Positions 10,375 through 21,526 are shown, numbered from the stretch's first letter. The stretch: DNA of 64,000 nucleotides from Ignavibacteriota bacterium (GCA_963701295.1 OY969585.1:3008001-3072000), one strand, 5' to 3'. Program-made: numbers and translations. Notes: generated from the sequence alone by a model not told the origin.

Positions 10375-11682
10375 TTAGAAATCAAACACGAGACTCACTT
10401 TTGGTTCTACACGAATCTGTTTAATAAAAGAACCATCGGGGCGTAGTGAACCATCAGGATTTCTATTCGAATATGTTTGTTGATATAATATTGACACTAG
10501 TAAATATTTAGCCGGTTTATAACCGATCTCTGCGCTCAGGAGAGAATAATTATCCAGAATAAAGACACGGCCTATATTTGCTTTGTCGAATGCCCCTCGC
10601 ACAACGATATCGGAAACTTCTGGTAATCGAAGTTCTGCATGTAACAGGCCTTCGTCTTTTGTTTCAAACGGTGCCTGATAACCAGCGATGATATTGAATG
10701 TATTCAAAATACTCATAACGAGCTCGCCGTAGTAACCACGATTTGCCGTGACACTCTGAAGTGTATCAGATTTACTTCTGTTTCTGAGTGCATCATATCT
10801 ATCATGCTCATAGAACGCATTGAAATATGCCGGCAAATACTTGTCACCATTAAACCGCAATTCGTATTTTCCTCTAATACTGACCAGTCCAAATCCTGTA
10901 TAAAACATATTGATACCGACAGATGATCCTTGTCCATAATTTTGAATTTTTGCATAATCAAAATATAAAGTGGATTTTATCGTCGCATAAGAGATAATTG
11001 GTAAACCAAGATCGAACCCAATAATGGCAAGTCCTCTACCGCTAGAATCAGCGGATGTTATATCTGCTTGCTCATTCAAATCACGCGCGTAGGTAGCACC
11101 AATTTCAAAGTTATTTATCACAGGTACTTTTGCAAGACTTGTAAGCTTTAACGGTTTCACATAAGCACGAAAACCTATTAAGCCTTTGTTAACAAGGTCG
11201 CTACAAACTGATTCTAAGCCGAATTTCTCAAAATTCAAATCTAATTCAATGCCTGTCCTCCTCATGTCATAACTTGCACTATTGCGATAATCGTAAATTA
11301 TAGAACCGTGACCAAGAAGAGAATAATCAAGCTGTCCAACACGAGTATAGAACGGATCGCCTTTCTGCGCCCAACGGACATAACGGACGATTCGAAGGTA
11401 GTCCTCAAATTTATCGTAATCACCTGCTCTGAGCGTACCTTCCGTAGTGAAACGAAGATTCAGATCAAGACCTATACCAAGCTGTCCAAATGCAACTTCG
11501 GGTGCTATACTGATCAAATAAAAAGTTTCTCCGTCGATGAAGGTAGCGCCAAACCCAACGGGTATTGAACCTCCACTTGTTCCCATCATTGCTGCTGTGG
11601 CATTACTCCATTGACCATTTCCTATTACAATAAAAGCTACAACAGCGAAGAGGATAATCGACATAGTTCTCAGTGGTTTCAT
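10375..11682 (-). CDS. Exported protein, probable outer-membrane beta-barrel
   Basis: Signal peptide, alternating amphipathic beta strands and a terminal Phe (VSLVFDF). Confidence 0.65.
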   Translation of the reverse strand: MKPLRTMSIILFAVVAFIVIGNGQWSNATAAMMGTSGGSIPVGFGATFIDGETFYLISIAPEVAFGQLGIGLDLNLRFTTEGTLRAGDYDKFEDYLRIVRYVRWAQKGDPFYTRVGQLDYSLLGHGSIIYDYRNSASYDMRRTGIELDLNFEKFGLESVCSDLVNKGLIGFRAYVKPLKLTSLAKVPVINNFEIGATYARDLNEQADITSADSSGRGLAIIGFDLGLPIISYATIKSTLYFDYAKIQNYGQGSSVGINMFYTGFGLVSIRGKYELRFNGDKYLPAYFNAFYEHDRYDALRNRSKSDTLQSVTANRGYYGELVMSILNTFNIIAGYQAPFETKDEGLLHAELRLPEVSDIVVRGAFDKANIGRVFILDNYSLLSAEIGYKPAKYLLVSILYQQTYSNRNPDGSLRPDGSFIKQIRVEPKVSLVFDF

Positions 11683-11712
11683 AATTCCTCCTATTGTTGT
11701 TTTCTTAATGAA

Positions 11713-12261
11713 CTATACTCCAAAAAGAATCCGGCAAATAAAGACTGCCGCCAACATGCCTGCAAGATCAGCAAGCAGTCCGACTGGTACAGCATGTCGT
11801 GTATTTTTAATATTCACAGATCCGAAATAGACAGCAAGAATATAGAATGTTGTTTCTGAACTGCCGTACAGCGTCGAGGCAAGCACACCGATAAACGAAT
11901 CCGGTCCGTGCACCTTCATCAATTCTGTCATAATACCCAAAGAACCGCTGCCTGAAAGCGGACGCATGAGTGCCATCGGTAAAGCATCCGGTGGCATACC
12001 GATGAGATTCGTAAGCGGTGTAATGATCGATATTAATACATCCATTGCGCCGCTGGCACGGAAGATTCCGATGGCGAATAGCATTGCTACCAGATAGGGA
12101 ATAATGCGTATAGCGGTATGAAATCCATCCTTCGCTCCTTCAACGAATACTTCATAGACACGAACCTTTTTGAAAAAACCCCAGCCCAAGAAGATTGCAA
12201 TCATAAGCGGGATAGCAAGAATAGAAATAAAATTGATGACAGTGCGAAAGAGATCAGCCAT
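11713..12261 (-). CDS. spmB: Spore maturation protein B-like (nucleoside-recognition Gate domain)
   Basis: Motifs YEVFVEGAKDGF, LMRPLSGSGS and GSSETTFYILAVYFGSV. Confidence 0.9.
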   Translation of the reverse strand: MADLFRTVINFISILAIPLMIAIFLGWGFFKKVRVYEVFVEGAKDGFHTAIRIIPYLVAMLFAIGIFRASGAMDVLISIITPLTNLIGMPPDALPMALMRPLSGSGSLGIMTELMKVHGPDSFIGVLASTLYGSSETTFYILAVYFGSVNIKNTRHAVPVGLLADLAGMLAAVFICRILFGV

Positions 12262-13264
12262 TGTTCATCTCATTCAACTTTTCCGTATCGTCAATCAACA
12301 ACTCACGTTTATACCTCGGCAGCCGCTGGAAAAGTTTTGATGCAACAATTCCTGTGATTGTTGCACATCCTGCAGCAAAGATCGATGTGCCAATGATAAC
12401 GCCTATATTCGTCGAGCCAACTGCTGCTCGTATCGCCATCGCTGTCGCTGGAATCAAAATTAATCCGCCGGTATTAATAGCAAGAAACGTCACCATTGCG
12501 TTTGTCGCTGTGCCGATTTTCGGATTGAGCTTATTCAATTCTTCCATTGCCTTCAAGCCTATTGGTGTTGCTGCATTACTCAACCCGAGCATATTCGCTG
12601 CGGTATTCATAATAATGGCGCCTATTGCAGGATGATCGGGAGGCACATCAGGAAATATGCGTTTCGTAATCGGTGCAAGCAATCGCGTGAGAACTTTCAC
12701 TAATCCGGCTTCTTCCGCCACTTTGATGAGACCAAGCCAGAGCGACATTACACCGATAAGTCCGATAGCAATTTCTACCGCGATGTTTGCGAAATCAATT
12801 GCGGCTTGTGTAATTGCTTTCAATTTCACAAATCGTATGGATTCCATTACAATAATTGCTTTTGCCCAGTCATGATCATCTGAAAATTCGATTCTTTCGA
12901 CTTTCCCTGTCAGCTTATCACTCCCCGACGCTGATTTAGCCATATCCTTCCATAACGCTGGCGCTACCTCTGTGCAGGTGAAAATAAAGTTACCGGTTTT
13001 GTTTTGCAGTAATGAAAGTACTGCTGGTTGTTTCACTTCTTCAAGCTGTGATGACGTTCCATAAAAATCGTTAAACTGTTTTGCCGTGAGATAGAATTGT
13101 CCTTCGCATTTTGTTGCCGTTCCTGACGGTACGTGTGAAGAGATGAATATGACTTCCAACGGTGTGCCATTCCGGTAAGTATTTCGGACTTCGTCATTGA
13201 TATCTTTGCCAACACCAACAACAAGCGCAATGACGATGAGGAAAAACCAGATGTAATTCAGCAT
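12254..13264 (-). CDS. spmA: Spore maturation protein A-like protein with a large extracytoplasmic insertion
   Basis: MLNYIW N-terminus, LWLGL.KVAE, FPDVPPDHPA.GAI.MN..ANMLGL.NAATP.GLKAMEEL; overlaps spmB. Confidence 0.88.
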   Translation of the reverse strand: MLNYIWFFLIVIALVVGVGKDINDEVRNTYRNGTPLEVIFISSHVPSGTATKCEGQFYLTAKQFNDFYGTSSQLEEVKQPAVLSLLQNKTGNFIFTCTEVAPALWKDMAKSASGSDKLTGKVERIEFSDDHDWAKAIIVMESIRFVKLKAITQAAIDFANIAVEIAIGLIGVMSLWLGLIKVAEEAGLVKVLTRLLAPITKRIFPDVPPDHPAIGAIIMNTAANMLGLSNAATPIGLKAMEELNKLNPKIGTATNAMVTFLAINTGGLILIPATAMAIRAAVGSTNIGVIIGTSIFAAGCATITGIVASKLFQRLPRYKRELLIDDTEKLNEMNNG

Positions 13265-13410
13265 TACACGTCCTGATGTAATTAAAGTCTTCCAGCAGAT
13301 TGCAATGAACTCGCCGTCAAATTATTCTTTTATACTGAGAAAACCAAGTGGAATATTAGGAGGGAGACACGGATCACATAAAAAAACTGAACCATACATA
13401 TAAAATAACT

Positions 13411-14239
13411 GGTAATTAGGTAGAAACGTAACCGAAATAGATTAGAGTAAAGAGTTTCAACAAATTGTCATCGCGATGGTTAAAACGATATTCAACTTCT
13501 TTAAGATACATAGGAAAATGATATTTTGAAACACCGCGATAATTATATAAGACATGTTTAGCAAAAGACTAAAATCCTTCAATACCATTAATATGATTCT
13601 TTGTTTTCGGAAATTTCTTTCCATGACTAATGGTATGATGTTTTCCAAAGCGTTTCAAGGAGCGATAACTACGAAAGGTGTCCGTGAAGTAGACCGATCC
13701 TTTCTTGGTATGTTGTCGAATATGATCCATCAATTCATTGGCCGAGACAGAATCAACAACCTTAGTATAGACCCGTCCATTGCGCTCCAGAAGCCCAAAA
13801 ACGATACTTTTTCCGCCTGCACCGCGTCCTCGTTTGCCTTTGCGACGACCACCAAAATACGCTTCGTCCAATTCTATTTCTCCTTTGAGCTTGCCAGCTT
13901 CAAGTTCGCTCACATGATAAATCGCTTCTCGAATGCGCTGATAGACTCTGGTAACAGTTTTATAATTTATTCCAAGATCATTTGCCAATCGATACGCCGG
14001 TTGCTGTTGATAAAAACCAAGAATGATTTTCAACTCTCGCCGAAGAAGATGACTTCCTTTTTGTCTTTGACACTTGTTGCATTTTACGTAGCCGCGTTTC
14101 GTTCGACAGACGTTGAACGATCCACAATACACACACTTCTTTCCACTCAAAAAGTTGTCATGGTAACTGATTTTACTGGAACTTGCCATAAAATAATATA
14201 CTTACAATTATTCTATGGTTACATTCTTACCTAATTACC
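13411..14239. mobile_element. IS1595-family insertion sequence, 829 bp
   Basis: 23-bp imperfect terminal IRs (13411-13433 GGTAATTAGGTAGAAACGTAACC; 14217-14239 reverse complement GGTAATTAGGTAAGAATGTAACC) and an 8-bp target duplication AAATAACT at 13403-13410 and 14240-14247. Confidence 0.95.
13416..14189 (-). pseudogene. IS1595 DDE transposase with an in-frame TAG at 13569-13571
   Basis: Zinc ribbon CVYC...CNKC, ELDEAY, YFTD, NHINGIEGF*SFAK. The stop sits where the family has Trp, and the frame stays open for 50 more codons (YLKEVEYRFNHR). Confidence 0.92.
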
Positions 14240-14316
14240 AAATAACTACAAGTATGGTTCTTGGAAAAAAGGGTTGTTCTTTGTTTCTATTCTGTCTGTT
14301 CTGTCGAAAAAGAGTC

Positions 14317-17300
14317 TTATGTGTTTCTGCGTTTTTGTGTCGATGGCGTCTTACCAACGGGTGGTTGTTCCGTATTTGCTTCTTTGTGATCGGTTATCAT
14401 CGAGTCTGCAGTCTGAATATCATCATCACTTCGAATCTCTCGCTTGAACCGTTCCTCAAATATGGTATAGAGAATAGGAACAAAGAAAAGCGTCAACACG
14501 GTAGAAAATGTCAATCCGCCGATAACAGCAATGGCAAGTGGAGCCTGGGTAGATTCGCCACCCAGCCCGATTGCCATCGGGATCAACCCGAGCACAGTAG
14601 CGAGTGAAGTCATAAGGATCGGTTTCAAGCGTGTCCTGCCGCCGCGTACGACGGCTTCGTGCAATTCAAGGCCGCTTATGCGCAGATGATTCGTATAATC
14701 TACCAGAAGAATGCCATTACTCACTACGATACCGACCATTACGATCACTCCCTGAAACGACGTGACCGAAAGGGTTGTATGCGTAAGGAACAACATCCAC
14801 AAGACGCCGGCAATGCCGAGCGGAACAGTGAACATGATAATAAACGGATCGATGAACGATTGAAATTGTGATGCCATAACGACGTACACCAAAACAATAG
14901 CGAGTAAAAATGCTAAACTTAAATCGCTAAATGTTTTTTTCTGCTGCTCGACATTGCCCGTTTGTTTTATTTCAAATCCTTGCGGTATCTTCATTTGATC
15001 GAGTTTATCCTGAATATCTTTTGCGACGCTTCCCAGGTCACGTCCCGAAACATTTGCGGTCACTTCGACAAGGCGCTGCTGATATTTCCTATCGATCTGC
15101 ACCGGGCCGCTGCGTTTTTCAATCGTTGCAATATTTCCCAGTAGCACTTGTTGCCCGTTTGCCGTTGTGATCGTTAATTGTTTTACGTCTTCGATATGGT
15201 CTCGGAAATCCTGATTGAGACGCACAAGAATATTATATTGATTGCCGGAAATCGGATCGGTGTACAACGACGCGACAGTTCCAGCCATACATGTATAGAT
15301 CGTATTGGAAATTCCCGCAACATCGATTCCCAGTACGCCTGCTTTATTGCGGTCGATGTTAATATGAAGTTCAGGTAGATTATCATCACGTGAGATCTGT
15401 ACGTCCACAGCACCCTGGGTCGAGCGAACAATTTGAGAAATTTCCCTTGCCAGTGAACTTCCGGTCTCAAGATCGAACCCGCGTATTTCAACATCAATGG
15501 GAGCGTTAGAACCGAAGTTCAGCAGATAGCGCAATATGCCGCCAGGATTTAAAAACACCTGTACACCCGGCAGTCTCGCCAATTTGCGCCGAACATCAGC
15601 AGCAATTTCAAACACCGACCGACTTCGCTGTTCTAAAGGTACAAGGCCTACCTGAATATTTCCCGCATGACTTCCGGAATTACCTCCGCCTCCGATTCCT
15701 GAAGCTGTCTTGGTATTTGTGGTAATACCGACATCGGTAACGAGAACCTGTGTTTCAGGGACTGACGAAAGAATGATTTTTTCCATTTGCCGCGCTACCG
15801 AATCCGTTTTTTCATATCGTGAACCGACAGGCAGTTTAAAGGACGCCGTAAATCTGCTTTCATCCTGATCCGGGAAAAATTCTGTGCCGATGAACGCAAA
15901 AAGACCCATCGACAATGCCGAAAAGAGAACAATGCTGATGACAATCGTTTTCCGGTGCTGCATCGTCCACCGAAGGCACGTTTCATAGAATGATTCGATC
16001 TTTTCAATCATACCGTGAAAATATATTCTCGTACGATCTGAGAACTTTTTCGATGTCCTATCCAATTCCTTTTCCGGCGGAAGATAATTCATGCACATCA
16101 GCGGCGTGACCGTTCGTGAAACGAAGAACGATCCGAATAGCGCCACGGCAATCGTTATCGTGAGAGGAATAAAGAGAAGCTTTGCAATGCCACTCAGGAA
16201 TACGACAGGTAAAAAGACAATAACAGTTGTCAGCGTAGAAATAAAAATTGGCGCGGCAACTTCCTTTGCTGCACCTAAAGTCGCATCAAGGCGCGATTCG
16301 CCTTTCTTGCGCATGTTATAATGGCGCGAGATCGCTTCCAGCTCGACAATAGAATCATCTACAAGCCTCCCGACCGCAAGTGCGAGTCCACCAAATGTCA
16401 TAATATTGAGGGTAATGTTTCCGAAGCGGAATAAAATAAATGTGATAAGTATGGACAGCGGAATAGCAACAACGATAATTAGCGTACCACGAATATTACG
16501 AAGAAAGATAATGATGATAATCATTGCGAGAATGCCGCCGAGCATTGCTTCTCTCTGCAATCCGGAAATCGTCTGCCGTATATAAACAGATAGATCGAAC
16601 GTGACTGTCATTTTTACGGAAGAAGGAATACCTGTCAGCTTTGGAATCCCGCGCATCACATTATCGACAACTTCCACAGTATTTGCGCTCGAAAGCTTCA
16701 GAACACGCATCACGACACCAGCTTTGCCGTTGACACGCACAATTTCCGTCTGTTCCTGATAACTGTCGTCAACCGAACCGATGTCTTTTAGTCGTATAGG
16801 GACACCATTAACTGTTTTCACGACAATATTTTCCATCGGCTTAACGACATTAAAGAGGCTTTCAGTCTTCAAAGTGTAATCGAACGGGCCTGTTTTGAGG
16901 TCACCCGATGGAATGATGAGGTTGGAATTTGCCACAACGGTTAAAACGGTTTGCACAGGAATATTCATTGCCTGGATTCTATTGCGGTCGAGCGTCACAT
17001 GAATTTCTCGAATTCTTCCGCCTGAAACAGCAGCTGAAGCAACACCGTCGATATGTTCGATCTGCGGCTCAATAATATTGAACGCCAGATCATAGAGATC
17101 GCGCTGATCCATATCGCCTTCAACAGCAACGACGCAAACCGGAAGGCTCGTAATGTCGAACCGCAATACTGAAGGCTGCGAAATACCCGTCGGTAATTGA
17201 TTAATGATGCGATTGACACGCTGCACACAATCCACAAGCCCGACATCGGTGTTTGCATCCCAATTAAAATATCACGCGTACCTGTGAAATTCCCTCACGC

Positions 17301-17551
17301 GTTGAAGACTGAACGTAATCGACATCATTAATGGAACTGACGCTTCGCTCAATGAGGCGCGTTACGCTCTGCTCCATATCGAGAGGGCTGGCACCGGTAT
17401 AATACGTTACAGTGGTAACAACCGGAATGGTAATATTCGGTAGCATATCGATGGGAAGCTGTGAGAATGAAACAAATCCCAACAAAACAATTGTGAGCGC
17501 GAAGAGAAACGTTGAAATCGGATAACGAAGCGCAAGTCTAGTAAGCCACAT
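14317..17551 (-). CDS. RND efflux permease (AcrB/SwrC-like), split by a +1 frameshift at ~17266
   Basis: ORF 17264-17551 is the N-terminus (LPIDMLPNI..PVV). Dropping one T in ATA TTTT AAT restores FNWDANTDVGLVDCVQ into ORF 14317-17235, which has GRLVDDSIVELE and RLKPILMT. Confidence 0.92.
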
Positions 17552-17566
17552 AAATTATAAACCGTT

Positions 17567-18625
17567 TTACTTTTGAATAGTAAGAGTCGTGCCTTCTTTA
17601 ACAAATTGCTGACCTGTTGTGATAACGTCTTCATCGCCGTTCAAACCCGTGAGAATTTCGGTATGTGAATTATTTTCGTTGCCAATAGTTAATTCGAATT
17701 GATGTGCTTTCTTTCCATCCGAAATAAAAACAAAATATCCATTATCATCTTTTAATAAATCATCCGACGACAGTGTAAGGGCATCAGGCCGTTCACTGAC
17801 GATAAATGAGATGGTCGCAAACATACCGGGCTTGATGATACGGGAATGATTGGGAATGTCCACTTCAATCGGCATCGTGCGTGTTGTCAGATCGACGGCT
17901 TCACTGAAACGGCTGACATATCCGATAAATTCCTGATTCGGTAATGCATCGAGCGTCACTTTTGCTGTCCGCACGTGATACATTTGCGACAAATCTTTTT
18001 CTGGTACATACACTATAATCTTTACGCTATCGAGGTACATCATTGTAAAAAGTGTTGAAGTGCTTGCATCGACCAGCGCACCGGCATCTAAGAATCTTCT
18101 CGTAACAAAGCCGTTGAACGGGGCAACGATGTGTGCATAACTGAGATGCGTTGCTGCCGCATCATAATTTGCTTTTGCGACTTTCATCGCCGCTTCGGCA
18201 TTATCCACATCTTGTTTTGCCGAAAGATTTCTTTCAAAAAGCTGCTTCGCACGTTCGAACAACAAGGATGTATTTTGGAACGTCGCATTGGTCTGCTGAT
18301 ATTGCTGGAATAATTCTGTCGTATCGATCAGGGCGAGCAATTGATTGCTTCGAACGTACGTTCCCATTTCGACATAGTTGTGTTCCAAGTTTCCGCTCAC
18401 TTTCGAATAGATAGTCGCTTGTTGCAAGGGAAGAATATCACCAGTGTATGTAAAGATTGTTCTCATTGTTTCCTTAAACGGTTTCTGGACTTTCACAATC
18501 GCTATGCCCAGCCGCCGCGGGTCCATCGCCGATGATGTCAAGGTAATCCGTAACACCACAATGAGAAGAAGGATAACAATTATTCCACCGATAATAAAAT
18601 ATTTCTTTTTCGTTCCCATATTCAT
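17567..18625 (-). CDS. RND periplasmic adaptor (membrane fusion protein)
   Basis: N-terminal TM segment, lipoyl halves (IYSKVSG; IVAPFNG), coiled hairpin and IKPGMFA. Confidence 0.92.
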   Translation of the reverse strand: MNMGTKKKYFIIGGIIVILLLIVVLRITLTSSAMDPRRLGIAIVKVQKPFKETMRTIFTYTGDILPLQQATIYSKVSGNLEHNYVEMGTYVRSNQLLALIDTTELFQQYQQTNATFQNTSLLFERAKQLFERNLSAKQDVDNAEAAMKVAKANYDAAATHLSYAHIVAPFNGFVTRRFLDAGALVDASTSTLFTMMYLDSVKIIVYVPEKDLSQMYHVRTAKVTLDALPNQEFIGYVSRFSEAVDLTTRTMPIEVDIPNHSRIIKPGMFATISFIVSERPDALTLSSDDLLKDDNGYFVFISDGKKAHQFELTIGNENNSHTEILTGLNGDEDVITTGQQFVKEGTTLTIQK

Positions 18626-18756
18626 TGATTTATTTTTTATCCTTTATATTTCCTATATATTGAAAACTGCTATTGTTTCAAGCGGACGGAATTTATACTT
18701 CTTCTTACATTCCGCTTCGAGACTAATTTTCTTATGATTTAATTTCACAAGCCATC

Positions 18757-19122
18757 TTATTTCTTAGCTGTTTCTTGTTCCCGCCTTTTTGCTTCCCGTT
18801 CATTCATTTCCTGAATCACACCATCAAATAATTTATTTTGTTCGGCACCCAGGAACTTGCGTATTTCCATCTGGGTTGTATCGCGCATCGCAAACAATTG
18901 TTTTCGATATACATCCATCTGCTGCCGACGGATTTCGAGGAGAGAATCCACTTGTGCGATTTGGTGCTCATCGAGGTGCAATCGCTCAGCCAAAATTTTT
19001 TGAAAATCACCCGGCATGTGTTCTGGTTTCATAAAAACATGATCCTTTATAAACCATCCGCAGAATATTCCAAGAGTAAAGCTGAGAAGGATAAATAGAA
19101 TTGTTTTCGTTTTTGGTTGCAT
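18757..19122 (-). CDS. Membrane-anchored helical periplasmic protein (Spy/CpxP-like)
   Basis: TM segment, then LHLDEHQ and L..EQ..LF motifs; lies after the anti-sigma gene. Confidence 0.6.
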   Translation of the reverse strand: MQPKTKTILFILLSFTLGIFCGWFIKDHVFMKPEHMPGDFQKILAERLHLDEHQIAQVDSLLEIRRQQMDVYRKQLFAMRDTTQMEIRKFLGAEQNKLFDGVIQEMNEREAKRREQETAKK

Positions 19123-19140
19123 AGGTGCCTCATTCGAACA

Positions 19141-19596
19141 TTACTTCGTCATAACTGCATATAACAGATCACTCTTCGAAAGATGGTCTTGTTGTAACAA
19201 CACGCGTGTTGTTACAGAATCAGTAAAATATCCGTTTAATAATTGATCTTCAGTGAAACCAGAGGAAGTACCGATAGTACTGGTCAACATGAATGTCACA
19301 AGAACGACAATCGCAAGCGCAAAGAATGTATTGCGTGCTAACGGCTCAACGCCAAGCCATTCCTTCACCTGTTCATCGCGTCTTTCTATGGAGTGCAATA
19401 CATGTGCTGTAAAAGTGTATGGAAGATCTGCTTCACCAAGTGCTCGGATTTCTTCTTTTATTTTATTTGCATGCTCAATAAATTCTTGGCACTCGGTGCA
19501 AACATTAATATGCGATAGTACCGTTTCCTTGTCGGTCTCACTCACTTCGTCATCTAAATAGGATGACACAAGTAATTGCATTTTTTTGTGTTTCAT
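19141..19596 (-). CDS. Zinc-finger (ZAS) anti-sigma factor
   Basis: SSYLDDE...HINVCTEC (HxxxCxxC), one TM segment, overlaps the sigma gene. Confidence 0.88.
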   Translation of the reverse strand: MKHKKMQLLVSSYLDDEVSETDKETVLSHINVCTECQEFIEHANKIKEEIRALGEADLPYTFTAHVLHSIERRDEQVKEWLGVEPLARNTFFALAIVVLVTFMLTSTIGTSSGFTEDQLLNGYFTDSVTTRVLLQQDHLSKSDLLYAVMTK

Positions 19597-20171
19597 GTTC
19601 GCTCCTCGAAATAATCACTCAAGAAATTCTTGAGTTCCATCCGTGCACGGAAAATGCGCGATTTTACAGCTTCCAGACGCAAGCCTAATGTTTCAGCAAT
19701 TTCATTATAAGACAAATCTTGATATTCCCGCAGCACAAGAACTTCTCGATGTTCCGGTGTAAGCCGCTGCAATGCGGATTGAATCACTTGCCGCTTTTCC
19801 TCTGTCAATACCGAATCAGATGCCATTGTATGGTCCTTACTCTTACGACTCTTTTCCAAAGTGTCTTCAGTCAAATAATCCAATGACAACACCCGCCTGA
19901 TTTTCCGCTTCCTAATTTCATCAATGCATAAGTTCATGGTAATCCGATAAAGCCATGAAAAGAACGATGCATCGAACTTAAACTTCGGCAACGAACGATA
20001 TACTCGAATAAACACTTCTTGTGCAATATCATCCACGTCATCACGGTTGCCCATGGTCAGGTAAATCAAGTTTGCCACCTGACGCTGATAACGCTGCACA
20101 AGCGATTCAAATGCCTGATGATCACCAGCCTGTATTGATCGAATAAGTGTGAAATCGTCAGTCACCGTCAT
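19593..20171 (-). CDS. ECF sigma-70 factor
   Basis: Motifs DDIAQEVFIRVY, FFSWLYRITMN, LSYNEIAETLG and VKSRIFRAR. Confidence 0.95.
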   Translation of the reverse strand: MTVTDDFTLIRSIQAGDHQAFESLVQRYQRQVANLIYLTMGNRDDVDDIAQEVFIRVYRSLPKFKFDASFFSWLYRITMNLCIDEIRKRKIRRVLSLDYLTEDTLEKSRKSKDHTMASDSVLTEEKRQVIQSALQRLTPEHREVLVLREYQDLSYNEIAETLGLRLEAVKSRIFRARMELKNFLSDYFEERT

Positions 20172-20187
20172 ATCAGCTTCTGTGTAA

Positions 20188-20214
20188 TAAACGCTTGAGG
20201 CCTTAAATTGTTTC
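20188..20214 (-). promoter_or_regulatory. Putative ECF autoregulatory promoter
   Basis: GAAAC, 16-bp spacer, CGTTTA just upstream of the sigma start; fits the ECF AAC/CGT pattern. Confidence 0.6.
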
Positions 20215-20243
20215 TAAATATAAGTCGAATTCTATCCGAACTG

Positions 20244-20281
20244 AAAATAAAGCCTAATCTCCAAGCCCCTTAGATTGGGCT
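20244..20281 (-). terminator. Probable terminator after mnmA
   Basis: AGCCCAATCT...AGATTAGGCT followed by TTATTTT. Confidence 0.55.
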
Positions 20282-20304
20282 GATAGCAGTTTAGTTTTAT
20301 ACAC

Positions 20305-21414
20305 TCAATCCATAACTTGCTCAATGACACCCCCGCACAATAAATCATCGCCGTCATAAACAACTACGGATTGTCCAGGAGTAATTGCGCGCTTGGGCTG
20401 ATCAAATGTCACTCGAATTTTTCCCGATTCTTCAAGTGATACGAGCGCGTTTGTCCCTTCATCCTTATATCTGACTTTTGCCTGCACGTGCATACCGCCC
20501 TCAAATCCGGTTACGCAGCCCCAATTTACTTGATCGGCAATAAGCGTTCGGTGATGAAGTTCATCATCTGGTCCAATTCTAATGATATTGGTCTGGCTTT
20601 CGATAGCAGTAACATACATCTTCTGTCTATGTGCACCGATATTCCTGCGTTGACCGATAGTATAGAACGGATAGCCGTGGTGCTTTCCTACGACTTTTCC
20701 ATTCTGTACAATATCACCGCCAGAAACTCGTTCCTGCAAATTAGGAACGCGCTCGTTTAAAAAACGTTCATACCGGTCGTCCGGTACAAAACAGATTTCA
20801 AAACTTTCTCGTTTCCGTGCATTGATCAACCCATGCTGTTCAGCAAGAACTCTCACTTCTGGCTTCGATAACTCGCCGATCGGAAACATCGTCTTACTCA
20901 ACGAGACCTGTGGCACAGCCCAGAGTGCGTATGATTGATCTTTTTCACCATATTTGCCACGAGAAAGAATATAGCGACTGCTTTTTTCATTATATCGAAT
21001 TCGTGCATAGTGCCCTGTTGCGATATATCGTGCTCCAATCTCCTCTGCTTTTTTCAACAAGGCACCCCATTTAATTTCCCTATTACAGATAACGCATGGA
21101 TTGGGAGTCCGTCCTTTCATGTATTCATCAATGAAATTTTTAATAACAACCTCATTGAATTCTTCACGATAATTCACAACGTAATGCGGAAACCCCAATT
21201 TGTCAGCGACAGTGTGCGCATCGATAACTGCACTCTGATCGCAGCAATTTCCTTCATTTCTGATATTGCCGCCGACCTCTATATAGTCGTACGTCTTCAT
21301 CGTAATACCGATGACGTTATAGCCCTCTTTGACTAATAATGCTGCCGCCACTGAAGAATCCACTCCACCGCTCATACCTACTGCAACTGTTATATTTTTT
21401 TTGTCTTCATTCAT
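20305..21414 (-). CDS. mnmA: tRNA 2-thiouridylase MnmA
   Basis: Motifs SGGVDSS, TPNPCV.CN..IKW, ATGHYA, KDQSY, YTIGQR and ITPGQS. Confidence 0.97.
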   Translation of the reverse strand: MNEDKKNITVAVGMSGGVDSSVAAALLVKEGYNVIGITMKTYDYIEVGGNIRNEGNCCDQSAVIDAHTVADKLGFPHYVVNYREEFNEVVIKNFIDEYMKGRTPNPCVICNREIKWGALLKKAEEIGARYIATGHYARIRYNEKSSRYILSRGKYGEKDQSYALWAVPQVSLSKTMFPIGELSKPEVRVLAEQHGLINARKRESFEICFVPDDRYERFLNERVPNLQERVSGGDIVQNGKVVGKHHGYPFYTIGQRRNIGAHRQKMYVTAIESQTNIIRIGPDDELHHRTLIADQVNWGCVTGFEGGMHVQAKVRYKDEGTNALVSLEESGKIRVTFDQPKRAITPGQSVVVYDGDDLLCGGVIEQVMD

Positions 21415-21526
21415 TTCTTTTTTAAGATACTAAACTATTTCTCTGCGTTCAAAAGCGACAAACGGGCTGCAGAGTATCTCTTCAGTCCATTTGTTCAACA
21501 TCATTTTAGGTATAAAAGGTTTCAGA

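Noticed and set aside
13569-13571. TAG readthrough or genetic recoding
   Set aside because: TAG serves as a normal stop elsewhere in the window (e.g. 48402-48404, 60348-60350), so a TGG-to-TAG change is the simpler explanation.
13554-14234. 226-aa plus-strand ORF inside the IS
   Set aside because: It is the antisense shadow of the IS1595 transposase and has no recognisable motifs.
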